Shown: piece after piece, positions 38,439 to 52,369 of the stretch
How positions within the stretch are numbered: position 1 is the first letter of the stretch
Layout of the letters: every line of letters begins with the position of its first letter
DNA from: Octopus bimaculoides
Taxonomy: Eukaryota
Direction of reading: 5' to 3'
Length of the DNA: 64,000 nt
Assembly (NCBI RefSeq): GCF_001194135.2
Contig: NC_069002.1
Coordinates: 3,977,284-4,041,283, forward strand
The notes under the pieces: generated by a model
Seen by the model: only the letters and a program-made list of their open reading frames with translations
What the model was told of the DNA's origin: nothing
Database searches by the model: none
Translations under genes and position numbers: made by a program

Positions 38439-38679
38439 NNNNNNNNNNNNNNNNNNNNNNNNNNNNNNNNNNNNNNNNNNNNNNNNNNNNNNNNNNNNNN
38501 NNNNNNNNNNNNNNNNNNNNNNNNNNNNNNNNNNNNNNNNNNNNNNNNNNNNNNNNNNNNNNNNNNNNNNNNNNNNNNNNNNNNNNNNNNNNNNNNNNNN
38601 NNNNNNNNNNNNNNNNNNNNNNNNNNNNNNNNNNNNNNNNNNNNNNNNNNNNNNNNNNNNNNNNNNNNNNNNNNNNNNN

Positions 38680-38713
<34 letters not shown>

Positions 38714-40143
38714 TGTCTATCTATGTGTGTATAGAATCCAATGATGTCTGTCATGAGACGGCTATCATTCGACAAGATGAAGCAGTCACTTTGTCTTCTG
38801 TCTCTCTACCTACCTATATATCTATCGGTCTGTCTATGTAGCTGTCTGTCTGTATATCTGTCTGTTTCTGTATCTGTCTGTCTACTTCTCTACGTATCTA
38901 TCTATCTATCTATCTATCTAATCTCATCTGTCTGCCTGTCTATGTGTGTGTGCACATTTTGCTCTCATCACCTGTTTCACGATACCAAGTCGGCTTGACG
39001 CCTCTTAACCGTTTTACATTCGTACTGATTTTATAGTTTGTCTCTTGTCTCAGAACACATTTATTCATCCACTCTCTGTCTCAAACACATTTGACTCTTT
39101 TCTACCTGTCTAACATCCTTTCTTTCCCTCACTCATTGTGCAAATTGTGTGTGTTGGGGGGTAGATGTGGAAATATAGTTCACCCTCTTAACACCACTGT
39201 CTGTCAGACTCAACATTGTCTTTCTCTTTGTCTGATTCTCTATCTTTCTCTTTCTCTCTTAGCCTCTCTCCATCTCTTATTAAGAGCACACAGAAGCGAC
39301 ACTCACCTGTTATATTAAATCTTCTTTACCTAATTGCTTTATTAAATCATTCACAATGTATTTTCTTTAAATTTAAACTCTTTTTGAGTAAAAGCAAAAA
39401 AAAACAAAACAAAAAAACAATTCAGATGTACTCGCGCGCGCGCATATATGCTCACACGAATTCATCGCCACAGGCATACATTTTCACATAAACACACATA
39501 CACACACACGATCACAGAAACACATTTTTCCATTCAGAGAGAGAGAGAAATCAGAAACACACACACACACACCGCACACACGCATGTATACGTATTCAGA
39601 CGAGAGACGAGAACCTCACATTCTCAGACACTATCAACGTATTTGCATTAACGGATATGCGCACTCTCACCCAATCCCAGGTATATACACACGTACAACA
39701 TGTGATGATGGCAACGGATACAACCAAGGTACTTTATGTTCCTTGTTGGAACGGCTTCAGATTGCCATGAAGTTTCAAATAAAAAGCACGAAAGCCACTT
39801 CCTGAAGTCTCACGTGTTTCTACAGAAATCGTACATTAATATATTTACGGTGATATACATAAAAAAGAAAATTTAACGTAACACCTAGTATTTTTTTTAA
39901 TTTTTAACTTTTCTTTGAATCTGACATTAAGTCTCGTCCTGTTGCTCAAGGCATCACGCCGTGGGGCTGAACTCGAAACCATGTGGTTGGGAAGCAAACT
40001 TCTTACCACACAGCCAAGTCTATAAATATAAAATCGAATGTTATTTATCCAACGTTTCCTCCTTCCCACGCCTTTTAAAAACGGTAGTGTAATTCGAAGG
40101 AATTTCGACTGCTGCCTTTAGCAGGTCGAGATATTACCTAAAT

Positions 40144-40452
40144 AACGGTTCTCAAACTATGCTTTGTAAGGAGCCTCTAGGTGCGCCGCTGAATTTCAAA
40201 AATACAAATTTAAGGCTTTAGAAAATCCATATTAATTGCTTGAATGTCTTGAAAAACCTGTTTTATGTAATTTTGTTAGAGACAGGTATGTTAAATGAAA
40301 TTAAGCAATAGTTTTCTATATTTTCTGGAATTTTAGCGTTAAAATAGTTTTCTTTTAAAACTTTCCGTATAAGCTGTACTAGTATTTTTACTTTATTTCA
40401 ATTTTGTATTTGATCTCGTCGCTTCAAAGTTGAGAGCATTAAGAACTACTGA
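40144..40452. mobile_element. Degraded hAT-Charlie-like MITE
   Basis: Starts aacggttctcaaact (cf. CAGTGGTTCTCAAACT) and ends with degenerate gagcattaagaactactg; termini are imperfect. Confidence 0.35.
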
Positions 40453-41269
40453 TATAGCTGATTCGCCCTTCGTGGCTGTTAACATATGTTATTGAGAATC
40501 GATATCAAAAGCCCTAGTCTTCGGTGAAGCGACAGTTGTTAACGATAATTTTCTCGTTTTTCCAATATCATTTTCCTTTCTCTTTTCCTATTTCCAACCT
40601 TCTTTATCTCTCGCACGTATCTCTCAAGTTTATGGTGTCCTAACTTCCCTTATCGCTTCTGTTGTTTAGTACATTGTAGGTGCCACCCTGCTGAGTCAGC
40701 CTTGGTCACTTCTTTTCCATCTCTGGGAGAAAGACTTGGTGTATTAAATGAACTGTTTAAAGTTTATGTCACAACGTTATCTTTTCTTTCAGAAAAGCAT
40801 GAACGTTACAAAATCGCGTTTATATATATACAAATGCGACATTGATTTTCACGGAAAGTTTGGTTCCAAATACTTTTCTGGATTACTGATTTTCTCGAAT
40901 CAGGAGTGATCACCTTAACACATTCTAAATTAAATATAAAATAGTTAATTGCAAGAGAAGCAGCGTTACTGCTCAAGAGGTAATCTTTAAGTCCAACTTA
41001 ACGTGAATGTTTCATTAGAACACAGAATACTTAGTATCCGATGCTCTAACATAACATCCCTGTTAAGTTGGACCTAAATATAAAATGTACTTCAATAATT
41101 AAATGAATTACAGGTACATGTACATTGATGTAAACGATACAAGTTTATTGATGCTGTACTGTGCAAGGTACCAGTAAACTAACCTGGTAGTCGTGAGAAT
41201 TTGAAATTCCTGCTTGTAAATTGGTGTGATTATGAGAGGCACCGGACCGTTAGTGTCTGGAAAGTCGGT

Positions 41270-41710
41270 ACATCGCTGACATCTCATTTTAACATATATT
41301 TACCAAAAATATCTTGAAATACTAAAGAGTAGATTTAATATTCAATAAAATCGCCATTGGCTTCAACCAAGTCCTCCAGACGACTTCGCAATCTCCTGGG
41401 TGGTCTTCTTGTTTAAGTTGGTGAATGCTGCTATAATCCTTGCCTTCAGTTCAGTTACAAGGAGTTATGTTGGTCTCTCGCGCAACTGTGTCCCACACAT
41501 AATAATAAAGGGGGTTTCGGTCTGGGGAGTTAGGTGGCCAGATGTTAGGGGTGATGTGGTCACAGAAGTTGTCTGACAGCCATGACTGGGTTCTCCTGCT
41601 TGTGTGGCAGGGTGCAGAGTCCTGTTGCCAGACATAGGGTCTTCCAGCAGCCACCCTCTTGATTCAGGGCAGCACTACCTCCTCCGCGCACTTGATCTAT
41701 GCCTCTGTGT
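41270..41710 (-). mobile_element. Tc1/mariner (maT/DD37D-like) transposase C-terminal remnant
   Basis: AAGRPYVWQQDSAPCHTSRRTQSWLSDNF...WPPNSPDRNPLYYYVW contains the QDSAPCH and WPPNSPD motifs. Confidence 0.9.
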
Positions 41711-42411
41711 TGAGTGTGAGGCCTGGATCATAAATCTGTTCGTTCAAGGTTGAACAAGAAGCTGAAGTGTGTGCCATTGTACTGTGGCTGTTTTCCGTGG
41801 CATGAAGCATATATGGATACCGAGGAAGCTAGAAATAACCGCTAAATGTTACTCATATCATACCTCTTTGTAAAAGATATACACATTCGATAATCTCATG
41901 AGATTAAACCTCTGTCCGAAAAGATCGGCTTCAACGCCTTTGATCATGAGTTTGCTTGCTGAGCGTATACCTCGGGCTAAACAACTATTAAATCATGTCT
42001 TCTTCAGATATATAGATAGGCTGACATAGAGTAATTTACGATAACATCATAGTCCTATTGTTGTTTCAACCGAGGTCAACTCTGATCGAACAGATCTATA
42101 ACGGCAGGTATTCCAGCTGTAACCATCTTGTCTTTTTAGGACTATCGAGTAATACTAATGCGTCTTCGTATTTCAGACGGTAGAGTATGATTTGAAGCAG
42201 ATCTGTCTGCAGTTTCTTGCAGGTTGGGCGATAACGTAAAGTTTCCTTTGTTTTAGGTTCCTGCTGTATCCTCCAAACATGACAACCCCGGTTTTCTTTC
42301 TGGCTTTCTTTTACATAACGAAACGGAAAATATAACTAACTGCAATTATACGGGCGTATATCGACCAAATGTTCTTGATATTTTACAAAGACTGGACTCA
42401 TTGAAGTCTTA

Positions 42412-42562
42412 CCTTATTTACTCGTGTATAAGACGCACTATTTTATTACTGATTGTAGTCGAAAAAAAAGGTGGGACAAAACTAAAACTATGAAGGGAAA
42501 ACATTTTGTACCAAGATTTAACGCTAAAATTAGGGGTGCGACTTATACTCGAGTAAATATAT
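42412..42562. mobile_element. Tc2/pogo-like MITE
   Basis: TIRs tttactcgtgtataagacgcac and gtgcgacttatactcgagtaaa. Confidence 0.7.
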
Positions 42563-42631
42563 GCAGTTATTCCCGTTCTGTTCATTTATCACACCACTCA
42601 CTATGTCGGTTTATTTAAGAGTTCGTACAAA

Positions 42632-42692
<61 letters not shown>

Positions 42693-42848
42693 NNNNNNNN
42701 NNNNNNNNNNNNNNNNNNNNNNNNNNNNNNNNNNNNNNNNNNNNNNNNNNNNNNNNNNNNNNNNNNNNNNNNNNNNNNNNNNNNNNNNNNNNNNNNNNNN
42801 NNNNNNNNNNNNNNNNNNNNNNNNNNNNNNNNNNNNNNNNNNNNNNNN

Positions 42849-43300
42849 AGAGCGGATGGTGTCTTTCTCAGCAGCCTGTCACACATAGTAATCAACGGAA
42901 TTACAATCGGGGTAATTAGGATGCCAGAAATTCTCCTGCAACCATTTCCGACTCTTTCCGGAAGGTTACGGCAAGCAGCCAAAGCCTGCTGTCACACATG
43001 GACATCCAGCCGCAACCCTCTCCAGCAGCTTCGTATTGCCGAGCCTAAGACCCTTTACAAAGATGTGAGGATGAATTCCGTCTTGCGGGCGCTGTCAGAG
43101 CATCCTGCCTGCAATGTCCCTTTCTACTGGCAATGGCTTTGTTGTCTTCATTGCAGCTGCCCATGTCACGTATTACAGCCATTACAGTGTTCACAGAGCA
43201 TTGAGCAGCAGCCATGATGTTGGCATTTTGATCCCCAGCGCGAAAAAGAATTGGTGGGTATTTTTTCGTTTGCTGCGGTTGGATCATCACGTGTCTGCAA
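42849..43300 (-). mobile_element. Internally deleted maT/mariner transposase remnant
   Basis: Minus strand gives LFRAGDQNANIMAAAQCSVNTV (N-terminal HTH-like region) joined to RVAAGCPCV*QQ and SGKSRKWLQENFWHPNYPDCNSVDYYV*QAAEKDT; the catalytic core is deleted. Confidence 0.75.
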
Positions 43301-44067
43301 TAGGAAACACACTCCACCTTCACTTCTGTAGTTTTCTCGCTTGCGAAGGCCCAACGAAGATGTCTGTAGTATTAGTCTGATCCGTCTAATTTTTCTCTCT
43401 GGTCGCCCCGCGCGCGGATGCGTCCGGAGGTGGATCGAGGCTTGGTTTTTCGTATACTGTTCTTTGTATGTCTTCGTCATCGTTGAAGCTCGTGACTTGG
43501 AGATATTACATCTTGAAAAAGAATGGGGGAAGAAGTAATTGTGAATCGATACTCATCCCGTGTGTCCCATCGATGTTCCACCCCGCCCATACATGCCTTT
43601 TGTCTTATTACTAATATTGTTCTTCACTTACATGAAGTGAACAGCTGGTGCAATAAATGTAACATTTACACCTTAACACGCCAACATGTCTTATCGAGTC
43701 AACTTAGCCATTACGTGGTCGTTTCCACATGCTAGAAATAGTAGAAATGGTTGCCAATTCTCCTTCACATTATACATTACCATCACTGAAAGAAAAGAAA
43801 AGCAAAAGCATTAGGTAATGTAATCCTAGATAATCCTAAAAAAAATACCAAGATTTGTCAAAACTGGAATGTCTGATTAAAAGTGTGTTCGATCCAGGAT
43901 GACCTGTTGCTAAACGATAACAGTATGCTGTCGATTTATTTTATCGAGGCTCACGACTCACATCTGTTGTAACTTTACCTAATGTACTTTTTCTTTTTGT
44001 TGTCGATATTTTTGCTCCGCCCCACCATGTGTATATTTTATTCCGGTGACATCAAAGCTCTTTTCTG

Positions 44068-44106
<39 letters not shown>

Positions 44107-44499
44107 TCACCAGTCAATACTTTGATGTTTGTACTCAAACAGTACGTTTACTTAGCAGAATACTTTAAAAACTTTCTATTAAGCTAAGCTTTTCCTACCC
44201 TCCTACCTTCCACACAGACAAAAAGCTTGATCTCCAAGTCATTGTCTGTAGTGCACTGATTTCCGATCGATGTTTTTGGGTTTCAACACATCCGTGGCAT
44301 ATATTGCTTGTTAAAGGGTCTACTAACATTAAACCTACTCAGTACTTCAGCATAAAATATTACTCCAAAATAAACAAACTTTAGGCTATTTTTATGCATA
44401 ATACAACTTGAACCTGATTTAATCTTTGGTTTTGAGTGTTTATTATTAGGTTTGAAAACAAATAACCGCCAGATTATAATCATAATACTACAAGGACAG

Positions 44500-44543
<44 letters not shown>

Positions 44544-46089
44544 TCATGTGTTTCCAAGTCAGGTGATTCTAATACAAAATGAAGAAAAGTAACCGAAACT
44601 ACATGTCGCCAGCAGCAGACACATCTGGGTCTGTTGTCTTACACCATTGCCAGGTGTTACAGCCATCTTTAGTCGCACAACATTGTAACATCTGGCCATG
44701 TTGTAAGACAATGAAATGCCACCTATCCATTCATACATACATCGATACATAAACACACACACACATATAGATATATACATACATACATACACATGGTAGC
44801 GTGGGAACCATAATTTGCAGCATTTCTTCTATGCTCCGGATATTCAATGTCACCTATATTTTATTTAAATTTTGGTAAAGTGCAGAATGCTATTGTAGTA
44901 CTCTTGCAATGTTCGTTCCCTGCTGCTTCCAACATTTGAATTTTTTTTTTTTTTGGTTTCTATTTGAGGCAACCAACAATATTTATGTGTATATGTTTGT
45001 GTGTTTGTTTTATGCCTCTTTTCCAATGCTAGCACGGGTTTGACAAATACACATTGCAGTGTTGTTTTTTTATGGCTGGACTTCTTTGCTATCACTATTC
45101 ATAATCCAGTGGTCTTTTAGGGAGGCATATGATGTAAACATTTGCACATGCACACCTGTGTGTGTGTGTGTGTGTGTGTGTAATGGCTTTATACAGTTTC
45201 TCTGTACCAAATCCACCCATAAGACTATGTAAAAGATATATGTACGTATATATATATATATATATATATATATANNNNNNNNNNNNNNNNNNNNNNNNNN
45301 NNNNNNNNNNNNNNNNNNNNNNNNNNNNNNNNNNNNNNNNNNNNNNNNNNNNNNNNNNNNNNNNNNNNNNNNNNNNNNNNNNNNNNNNNNNNNNNNNNNN
45401 NNNNNNNNNNNNNNNNNNNNNNNNNNNNNNNNNNNNNNNNNNNNNNNNNNNNNNNNNNNNNNNNNNNNNNNNNNNNNNNNNNNNNNNNNNNNNNNNNNNN
45501 NNNNNNNNNNNNNNNNNNNNNNNNNNNNNNNNNNNNNNNNNNNNNNNNNNNNNNNNNNNNNNNNNNNNNATATATATCTGAGTTTGATTGTGTATAGAAG
45601 AATAGATTAATGAATGAAATTTCAACCACCTCTTCTGATTTTCATGTTTTATTATTTAACAATTTTTACACTTACACAAATACAAATAACAGGACATAAC
45701 AACAGGTATTTCTCGACTAAGGACGAATTAAATTAAGCTGGCATGTGTGGAAGTAAAGCCTTACAGCAGGGATACAGGATTTCACAGGCACAGGGAAGAA
45801 TATAGATGTTGCACGGACAACGGCCAAACCAAGAAAGAACGGTCAGGTTTGGCCAAACATCGGTCACGTGGATATTTTGTTGTCCCTTTTTTGTATCACC
45901 TAACTGTCTGGATGTTTTGCATTCTTGTCCCATTTTGTATTTTATATACATATATATAGCGGCATATGTACGCTTTGGTCTCATATATATATATATATTA
46001 ATATATATATGAATCTTACGCACAGAATCTTATGTATGTTATGATATGTGTCATGATGTTGAGCTTAAGTTTCAACTATTGAATCAAGC

Positions 46090-46157
46090 CGTGATGTCTT
46101 GCTGGGTTAGACATTAGAAGTCAGACACAATTGACTGACAAATTACTAAGGAATTAG
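46090..46157 (+). other. Candidate non-coding first exon of the desaturase gene
   Basis: Strong donor AG|GTGAGT at 46157/46158 in unique sequence, near where CpG depletion appears to begin. The ATG exon at 58380 has an acceptor, so an upstream exon must exist. The start coordinate is a guess. Confidence 0.25.
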
Positions 46158-47041
46158 GTGAGTGTGTAGTGAGGGTTAACAGTTAGTTGGACTAACCAGG
46201 CATTCGTATTTAATTTGAAAGAGAAAATGAGTGCAAACTGAGAGTTGTGTAACTGGTAGCATGTTTCCTTGTTAGACAATTTCTGTCAGTGTGTATGTAG
46301 GTCTTCATATACGAAAGTGTGTGTGTGTACATTCGTATGTATGTTTGCATGTATGTATGTTCCAAGTTGTAGGTCTCAACATTTGCATGTAGACAGTTGA
46401 AATTTTGCATAGACGTATGTTTTATCAAAGTGGACATAGTGATTTAATGTAGGGCTGAGGGTCGATTTTCTTGACTAAAGGCGGTGCTCCAGCATGGCTG
46501 CAGTCAAATGACTGAAACAAGTAAAAGAGTAAAAGAGAGAGTAAGAAAATAATCATTCAAATGTTTTCTGAAATGACTGAGTGGAAGATACTTGTGAGTC
46601 AGTTAGGTTGCTTGTGTATTCATCATTTAACGTCCATTGTCCATTTGTGTGCATTTCTATCTACCAAATTCATTGAAAAGTCATTGGTGAATTTGGTGCT
46701 GTAGTAGAAGAAACTCGTCCAAGGTGCCACACAGTGGGGGGGGGGGACTGAACCTGAAAGCACGTGGTTGCCAAGCAGACTTTTTATTCACACAACCATC
46801 ATCATGTTATAGACGATATGTTCCCTTAAACATTTGCTCTTTTTACTGGGGAAGGTAAAGGTAGCCAAGCAGAATAGCAGTTTTGCATGTGTGTTGGGGT
46901 GAACACATGGTTTGTGTGAGTGTGAGTGTGAGTGTGAGTGTGACTTGCAAAGCAAAGATTATGCAGAGTTGAAGTAGTTGAAGTATGGTTGTCTGAAGAG
47001 TGGAAAAAATATAGATTGTTCGTTGGTCAGCCCAGTACTGG

Positions 47042-47090
<49 letters not shown>

Positions 47091-47578
47091 GTATGTATAC
47101 CGGTGTGTTTGACCTCTAGTGAATTTCTCTCACTTGACCTTTGGAATATTGTATCTGTAATGTCATCCACTTTGCCTTAAGTAGAAATCTGTTGAATCAA
47201 TATTGAGAAAAATGATTTTTTTTTGTTTTCTTTTTTTTTTTTTCTGGTCGAAATGTTTCGTGGCATTTCTTGCAGTTCTTTGTGTGCCAATTTGAAACCG
47301 TACTGAGGCCAACTTTACCATTCATCCTTTTGGGGCCCGATAAAATAAGTACCAGTTACGCACTGGGGTTGATGTAATCGACTACCCCTTTTCCCGAAAT
47401 TGCTGGCCTTGTGCCAAAATTTGAACTCATCATCATTATTCCNNNNNNNNNNCAAATACTACCAGGATTGACTTTACCTTTCATCCTTTCAGGGCCGATA
47501 TAAAAAGAACCAGTTGAGCACTGGTGTTGATGTAGTTGACTTACACTCCCCGCCAAAACACATTTCCATACTTCCCTT

Positions 47579-47631
<53 letters not shown>

Positions 47632-47759
47632 TGTACACATACACACATATACTCACACAGAGTTGAAAGGCTGTTTGATTTTTCTTTTCATTGCTGATTG
47701 TTCACCATCCCACTTCCATTGCACACACGCACACGCAAACATTCACATGACTCTCTTTT

Positions 47760-47795
<36 letters not shown>

Positions 47796-48649
47796 TGGGA
47801 CATGTGGCTGCAGGCCAATGCCTGAAACGCATAAAAAGGGTGGTTGAAAGAAGGCTTAAAAGACAATAACAACAACAGCAATTGTCTTTGCCAAGTGATA
47901 CAGCTGCACTGTGGTTAGTGAGGTCACTAGGTTCCTTTCGTATTTGTTGATTGTTTAGGTTGACATGGCTTGTGTAAACAGAGAGAGAGAGAGAGAGAAG
48001 CAGATAATAATGATGATGATGATGATGATAATAATAATTACATGAGATGTATTGATTGGCATGGACAGGAAATTGTTCTACGGAATGGAACTCTGCTAAT
48101 GCCTAATTCGTGTAGGGTGTTGTTGTTGTTGTCGTAATTAGGCTTTTGTTTAATTTCTGCTTTCATCTCCTGTCGGATTAGGCTAGGTGGGTGGCGGAGT
48201 AATATAGCACTGCTGCTGCTGTGACAACAACAACAACAACTGCTGCTGCTGCCACCAGCAGTAATCACTGTTGTGGCTGTTGAGGGCAGTGGATGGCCGA
48301 TTCGGTAGAGTTGCAGACGAAATGTGTCGTGGTGGTGAAAGTGGTAGTGGTGGATTTCATTATATCTCACTGATTGATTTCCGTCTTTCATCTTAGGGGA
48401 GGATTGGGGATCAATAAAGCATCTATCAGATGTGTTATTGATGTCAATTCCCTCTCTGTTCCCTCCTCCCTTCAAATCTGTGGCCATTGTGCTTGAGGTT
48501 ATAAATCCCTCTGGCTCAGCCTATAAATATTATACCAGCTGTATTTTGGTGCCAACATAATCAATTGTATTCATGCACACATGTGGTTTTGTGGTAAGAA
48601 GTTAGCCTCCCAACCACATGGTCTTGCTTTCAGTCCCATTGTGTGGTGC

Positions 48650-49160
48650 CTCCCAAATTTCAGGTCTTATACCTAATAATAATAATAATAATAATCCTTT
48701 ATACTAATAGGCACAAGGTCTGAAATTTTGAGGGAGGATGAGTCAATTATATTGACCCTAGTGTTTCACTGGTACTTAGTTTATTGATCCCGAAAGGATG
48801 AAAGGCAAAGTCGACCTCAGTGGGATTTGAACTCAGAACGTAGTGATGGGTGAAATGCTGCTAAGCATTTCACCCAGCGTGCTAATGATTCTGCCAGCTC
48901 ACTGCCTTAAATAATAATAATAATAATTACTATTTACTACTACTACTACTACTAGTACTTATAATAATAATAATCCTTTCTATTATAGGCACAAGGCCTG
49001 AAATTTGGGAGAGGGGATAATTGATTACATCGACCTTAGTACATAACTGGTACCTATGTTATTGACCTCAAAAGGTAAATTTGAACTTGGACTGTAAAGG
49101 TGGACCAAATGCCACTAAGCATTTTGCCCGGCACTGTAACAATTCTGACAGCTCTCCACT
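48650..49160 (-). mobile_element. Two tandem SINE A copies with (AAT)/(ACT) linkers
   Basis: The family A core occurs twice, each preceded by taataataatcctt and followed by ccttaaataataataataattactattt. Confidence 0.7.
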
Positions 49161-50322
49161 TAAATAATAATAATTATAATAATAATAATAATTACTATTT
49201 ACTCCTCCTCCTACTACTACAAATAATAATGATGATTAGATTCAATGGCCAGGTTGTAGCTGTACAATGAAAGATGTTGGTATGTAGTACTCTTGACAAA
49301 ATGTGTATGTTTTAAATACCTCTTAAGATTCTACTCGTGTACAATTGTTTTAGTTGCAGCACAAATGATGTCAGATTGTAAATGCCTTGTCAAACGGATA
49401 CAGCTTGTGAATGTTTGCAAATACTGGCAGTGTAAGTTGCAGAAGCAGTGTCGAGTTTTAAACAGGTCTCAGTATATTTGTACACCAATTGGAAACAAAG
49501 TTAACCTTCGTATAAAATGTGGTGTCATTTGTCTGCAATTTTCTGGGAAACATGTCTGGCCATTGAGCTGTTTTGTTTGAAAGAATAGGAGGAATATTAT
49601 TTTGCTTAGAAACAGGTGAGAATTGCCAACAGGAAGAGCATCTGGCCATAGAATATCTGTTTCAATGAGTGACTTGTGACTCTTGCAAGCATGGTGAAGA
49701 AACATTAAAATGGTGGTGCTGCTAATATTCTTCTTTGTTGTGAGTTCAAATCTTGCTAACGTTGAGTGTTTTTTATTCTTTTGGGGTTAACATTGGCACA
49801 AACATGATGACATTTCATGTGACCCCTGCAAGCATGAAAAATTGGACATTAAGATGGCGCTGTTGATAATATTTGGTCTTGTTCTTTGTTCTGGGTTCAA
49901 ATCTTGTTAGGGTTGAATGTGCCTTTTGTCCATCTTGGGTTAACATAGGCACAGGCTTCATGACTGAGTGGTTAAAAATTTCTCTTTGCAAAAATGTAAC
50001 TTCTGATCTGATTCCATTACACAGCACCTTTAAGTAAGTGCCTTCTATAATGTCCTTGGGTCAACCGAAACCTTGTGCATGATCGCTGTATAAAAAAAAA
50101 AATGCTGTTGGAGGGAATGTTTCTGTTCTTAGATGGTAAGATTAATTTTTTGGCCTATTTTAATGCCATTGCTTGGTCATTGGGTGCTTGTCGTGTTGCA
50201 AGCATTCAGACCATTGTCCTTGAGTATTTGTAACAAAGACTACTTTGTTGCTAAAATTTCAGGCCTTGTGCTTTTGTTAGAAATAATTATTGGTACAAGT
50301 GCTGTTGTTATGTTGGCAGCAT

Positions 50323-50373
<51 letters not shown>

Positions 50374-50465
50374 ACAATTAGAAAATGGAGGATAATATGC
50401 TGAACTCAACTACTTGCAGACGGTGTATCCCGTTGAATTCATTAATTTAATTCATAGCAAAAGTG

Positions 50466-51204
50466 NNNNNNNNNNNNNNNNNNNNNNNNNNNNNNNNNNN
50501 NNNNNNNNNNNNNNNNNNNNNNNNNNNNNNNNNNNNNNNNNNNNNNNNNNNNNNNNNNNNNNNNNNNNNNNNNNNNNNNNNNNNNNNNNNNNNNNNNNNN
50601 NNNNNNNNNNNNNNNNNNNNNNNNNNNNNNNNNNNNNNNNNNNNNNNNNNNNNNNNNNNNNNNNNNNNNNNNNNNNNNNNNNNNNNNNNNNNNNNNNNNN
50701 NNNNNNNNNNNNNNNNNNNNNNNNNNNNNNNNNNNNNNNNNNNNNNNNNNNNNNNNNNNNNNNNNNNNNNNNNNNNNNNNNNNNNNNNNNNNNNNNNNNN
50801 NNNNNNNNNNNNNNNNNNNNNNNNNNNNNNNNNNNNNNNNNNNNNNNNNNNNNNNNNNNNNNNNNNNNNNNNNNNNNNNNNNNNNNNNNNNNNNNNNNNN
50901 NNNNNNNNNNNNNNNNNNNNNNNNNNNNNNNNNNNNNNNNNNNNNNNNNNNNNNNNNNNNNNNNNNNNNNNNNNNNNNNNNNNNNNNNNNNNNNNNNNNN
51001 NNNNNNNNNNNNNNNNNNNNNNNNNNNNNNNNNNNNNNNNNNNNNNNNNNNNNNNNNNNNNNNNNNNNNNNNNNNNNNNNNNNNNNNNNNNNNNNNNNNN
51101 NNNNNNNNNNNNNNNNNNNNNNNNNNNNNNNNNNNNNNNNNNNNNNNNNNNNNNNNNNNNNNNNNNNNNNNNNNNNNNNNNNNNNNNNNNNNNNNNNNNN
51201 NNNN
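50466..51204. other. Assembly gap, one of 11 N-runs (others: 7405-8043, 11893-12708, 16566-16575, 18246-18608, 38439-38679, 42693-42848, 45275-45569, 47443-47452, 55143-55613, 56600-56871)
   Basis: Runs of N, mostly flanked by microsatellites; they could hide exons. Confidence 0.98.
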
Positions 51205-52318
51205 GTGGGTGGGTGGGTGGAGTGCTCGGTTTCCATGGAACTTTTTTGTATGGTTGTGAGTAGCAGTAACAGTAGTGCAGCACATGCGTGTGGGGATGGC
51301 GGGTGGAGTGAAAGTGTGCGTATGTGCATTTGTGTGGTGGAATGCAAATGATTGTGCTAGTGTGTGCGTGTGTGTGTGTGTGTGGTTGGATTGTCAGTAC
51401 ATCTATGTAGAAGAGAGTTTGCGTGTATGTAACACCACACAATCCAATGGCTCTCTTTGCTCCACCGACTCTATACAGTGAATATGAAAGAAGCAATTTC
51501 GTTACTTGTCAGGACTTGTACATATCATCACACAGACAGACATGCACATACAATATAAGTACACACACACACACACGCAATGTGTATAAAATAATAAATA
51601 CTCCATTGGTCTTGGACAATTAATACTCCATTTATTTAATCAAGAAACCTATCTGGTCTTTGTTTTATATTTAATGCATGCCGCTTGAGTATTCCACATG
51701 CACATGTACTCTTATCATAATTCCGTTACACTTCACAATGCTGGCCCTCAAGTCACAGGCAGAACCCCATCTGTTTAGCCTTCCACAGATGCCCTTCTGG
51801 TTGTCAACCTTCACCTGTTTCAAACTAAAGTAATATTTTCTCAAGGTCAGGCATATTTTCCTTGGAAATTTGGAAACAAACAGCATCACTTCTATGACAG
51901 TTATCATGTGATGTCAAGACAAGCATGCACACACACACACACACATGTGTGTGACAGTGTTTTTTCAGTTTTTATCTACTAAATCTACTTGCAAGGCTGG
52001 AGCTCTAGTAGAAGATACTTGTCTAAGGTGCTGTGCAGTGGGACTGAAACTGAGATCCCACCACTTGGTCGGGAAGCAAGCTTCTCAATCACACAGCTGT
52101 GCATTTACTACATAACCTGGAACCTTGTGGTTCAAAAGCAAGCTACTTACCACACAGCCACTCCTACGCCTACATTAATCACAATGATCGTTTTGACTCA
52201 TCATACATTGGTCCCTCACAGGTGAAATACTTACTATACAGCTGGTTGTGATGCATCCTTCAGTGAAGATATGTGTCATCAGGTGACTTTTCAAAAGGTA
52301 CCTCATCCTGTGTATATA

Positions 52319-52369
<51 letters not shown>

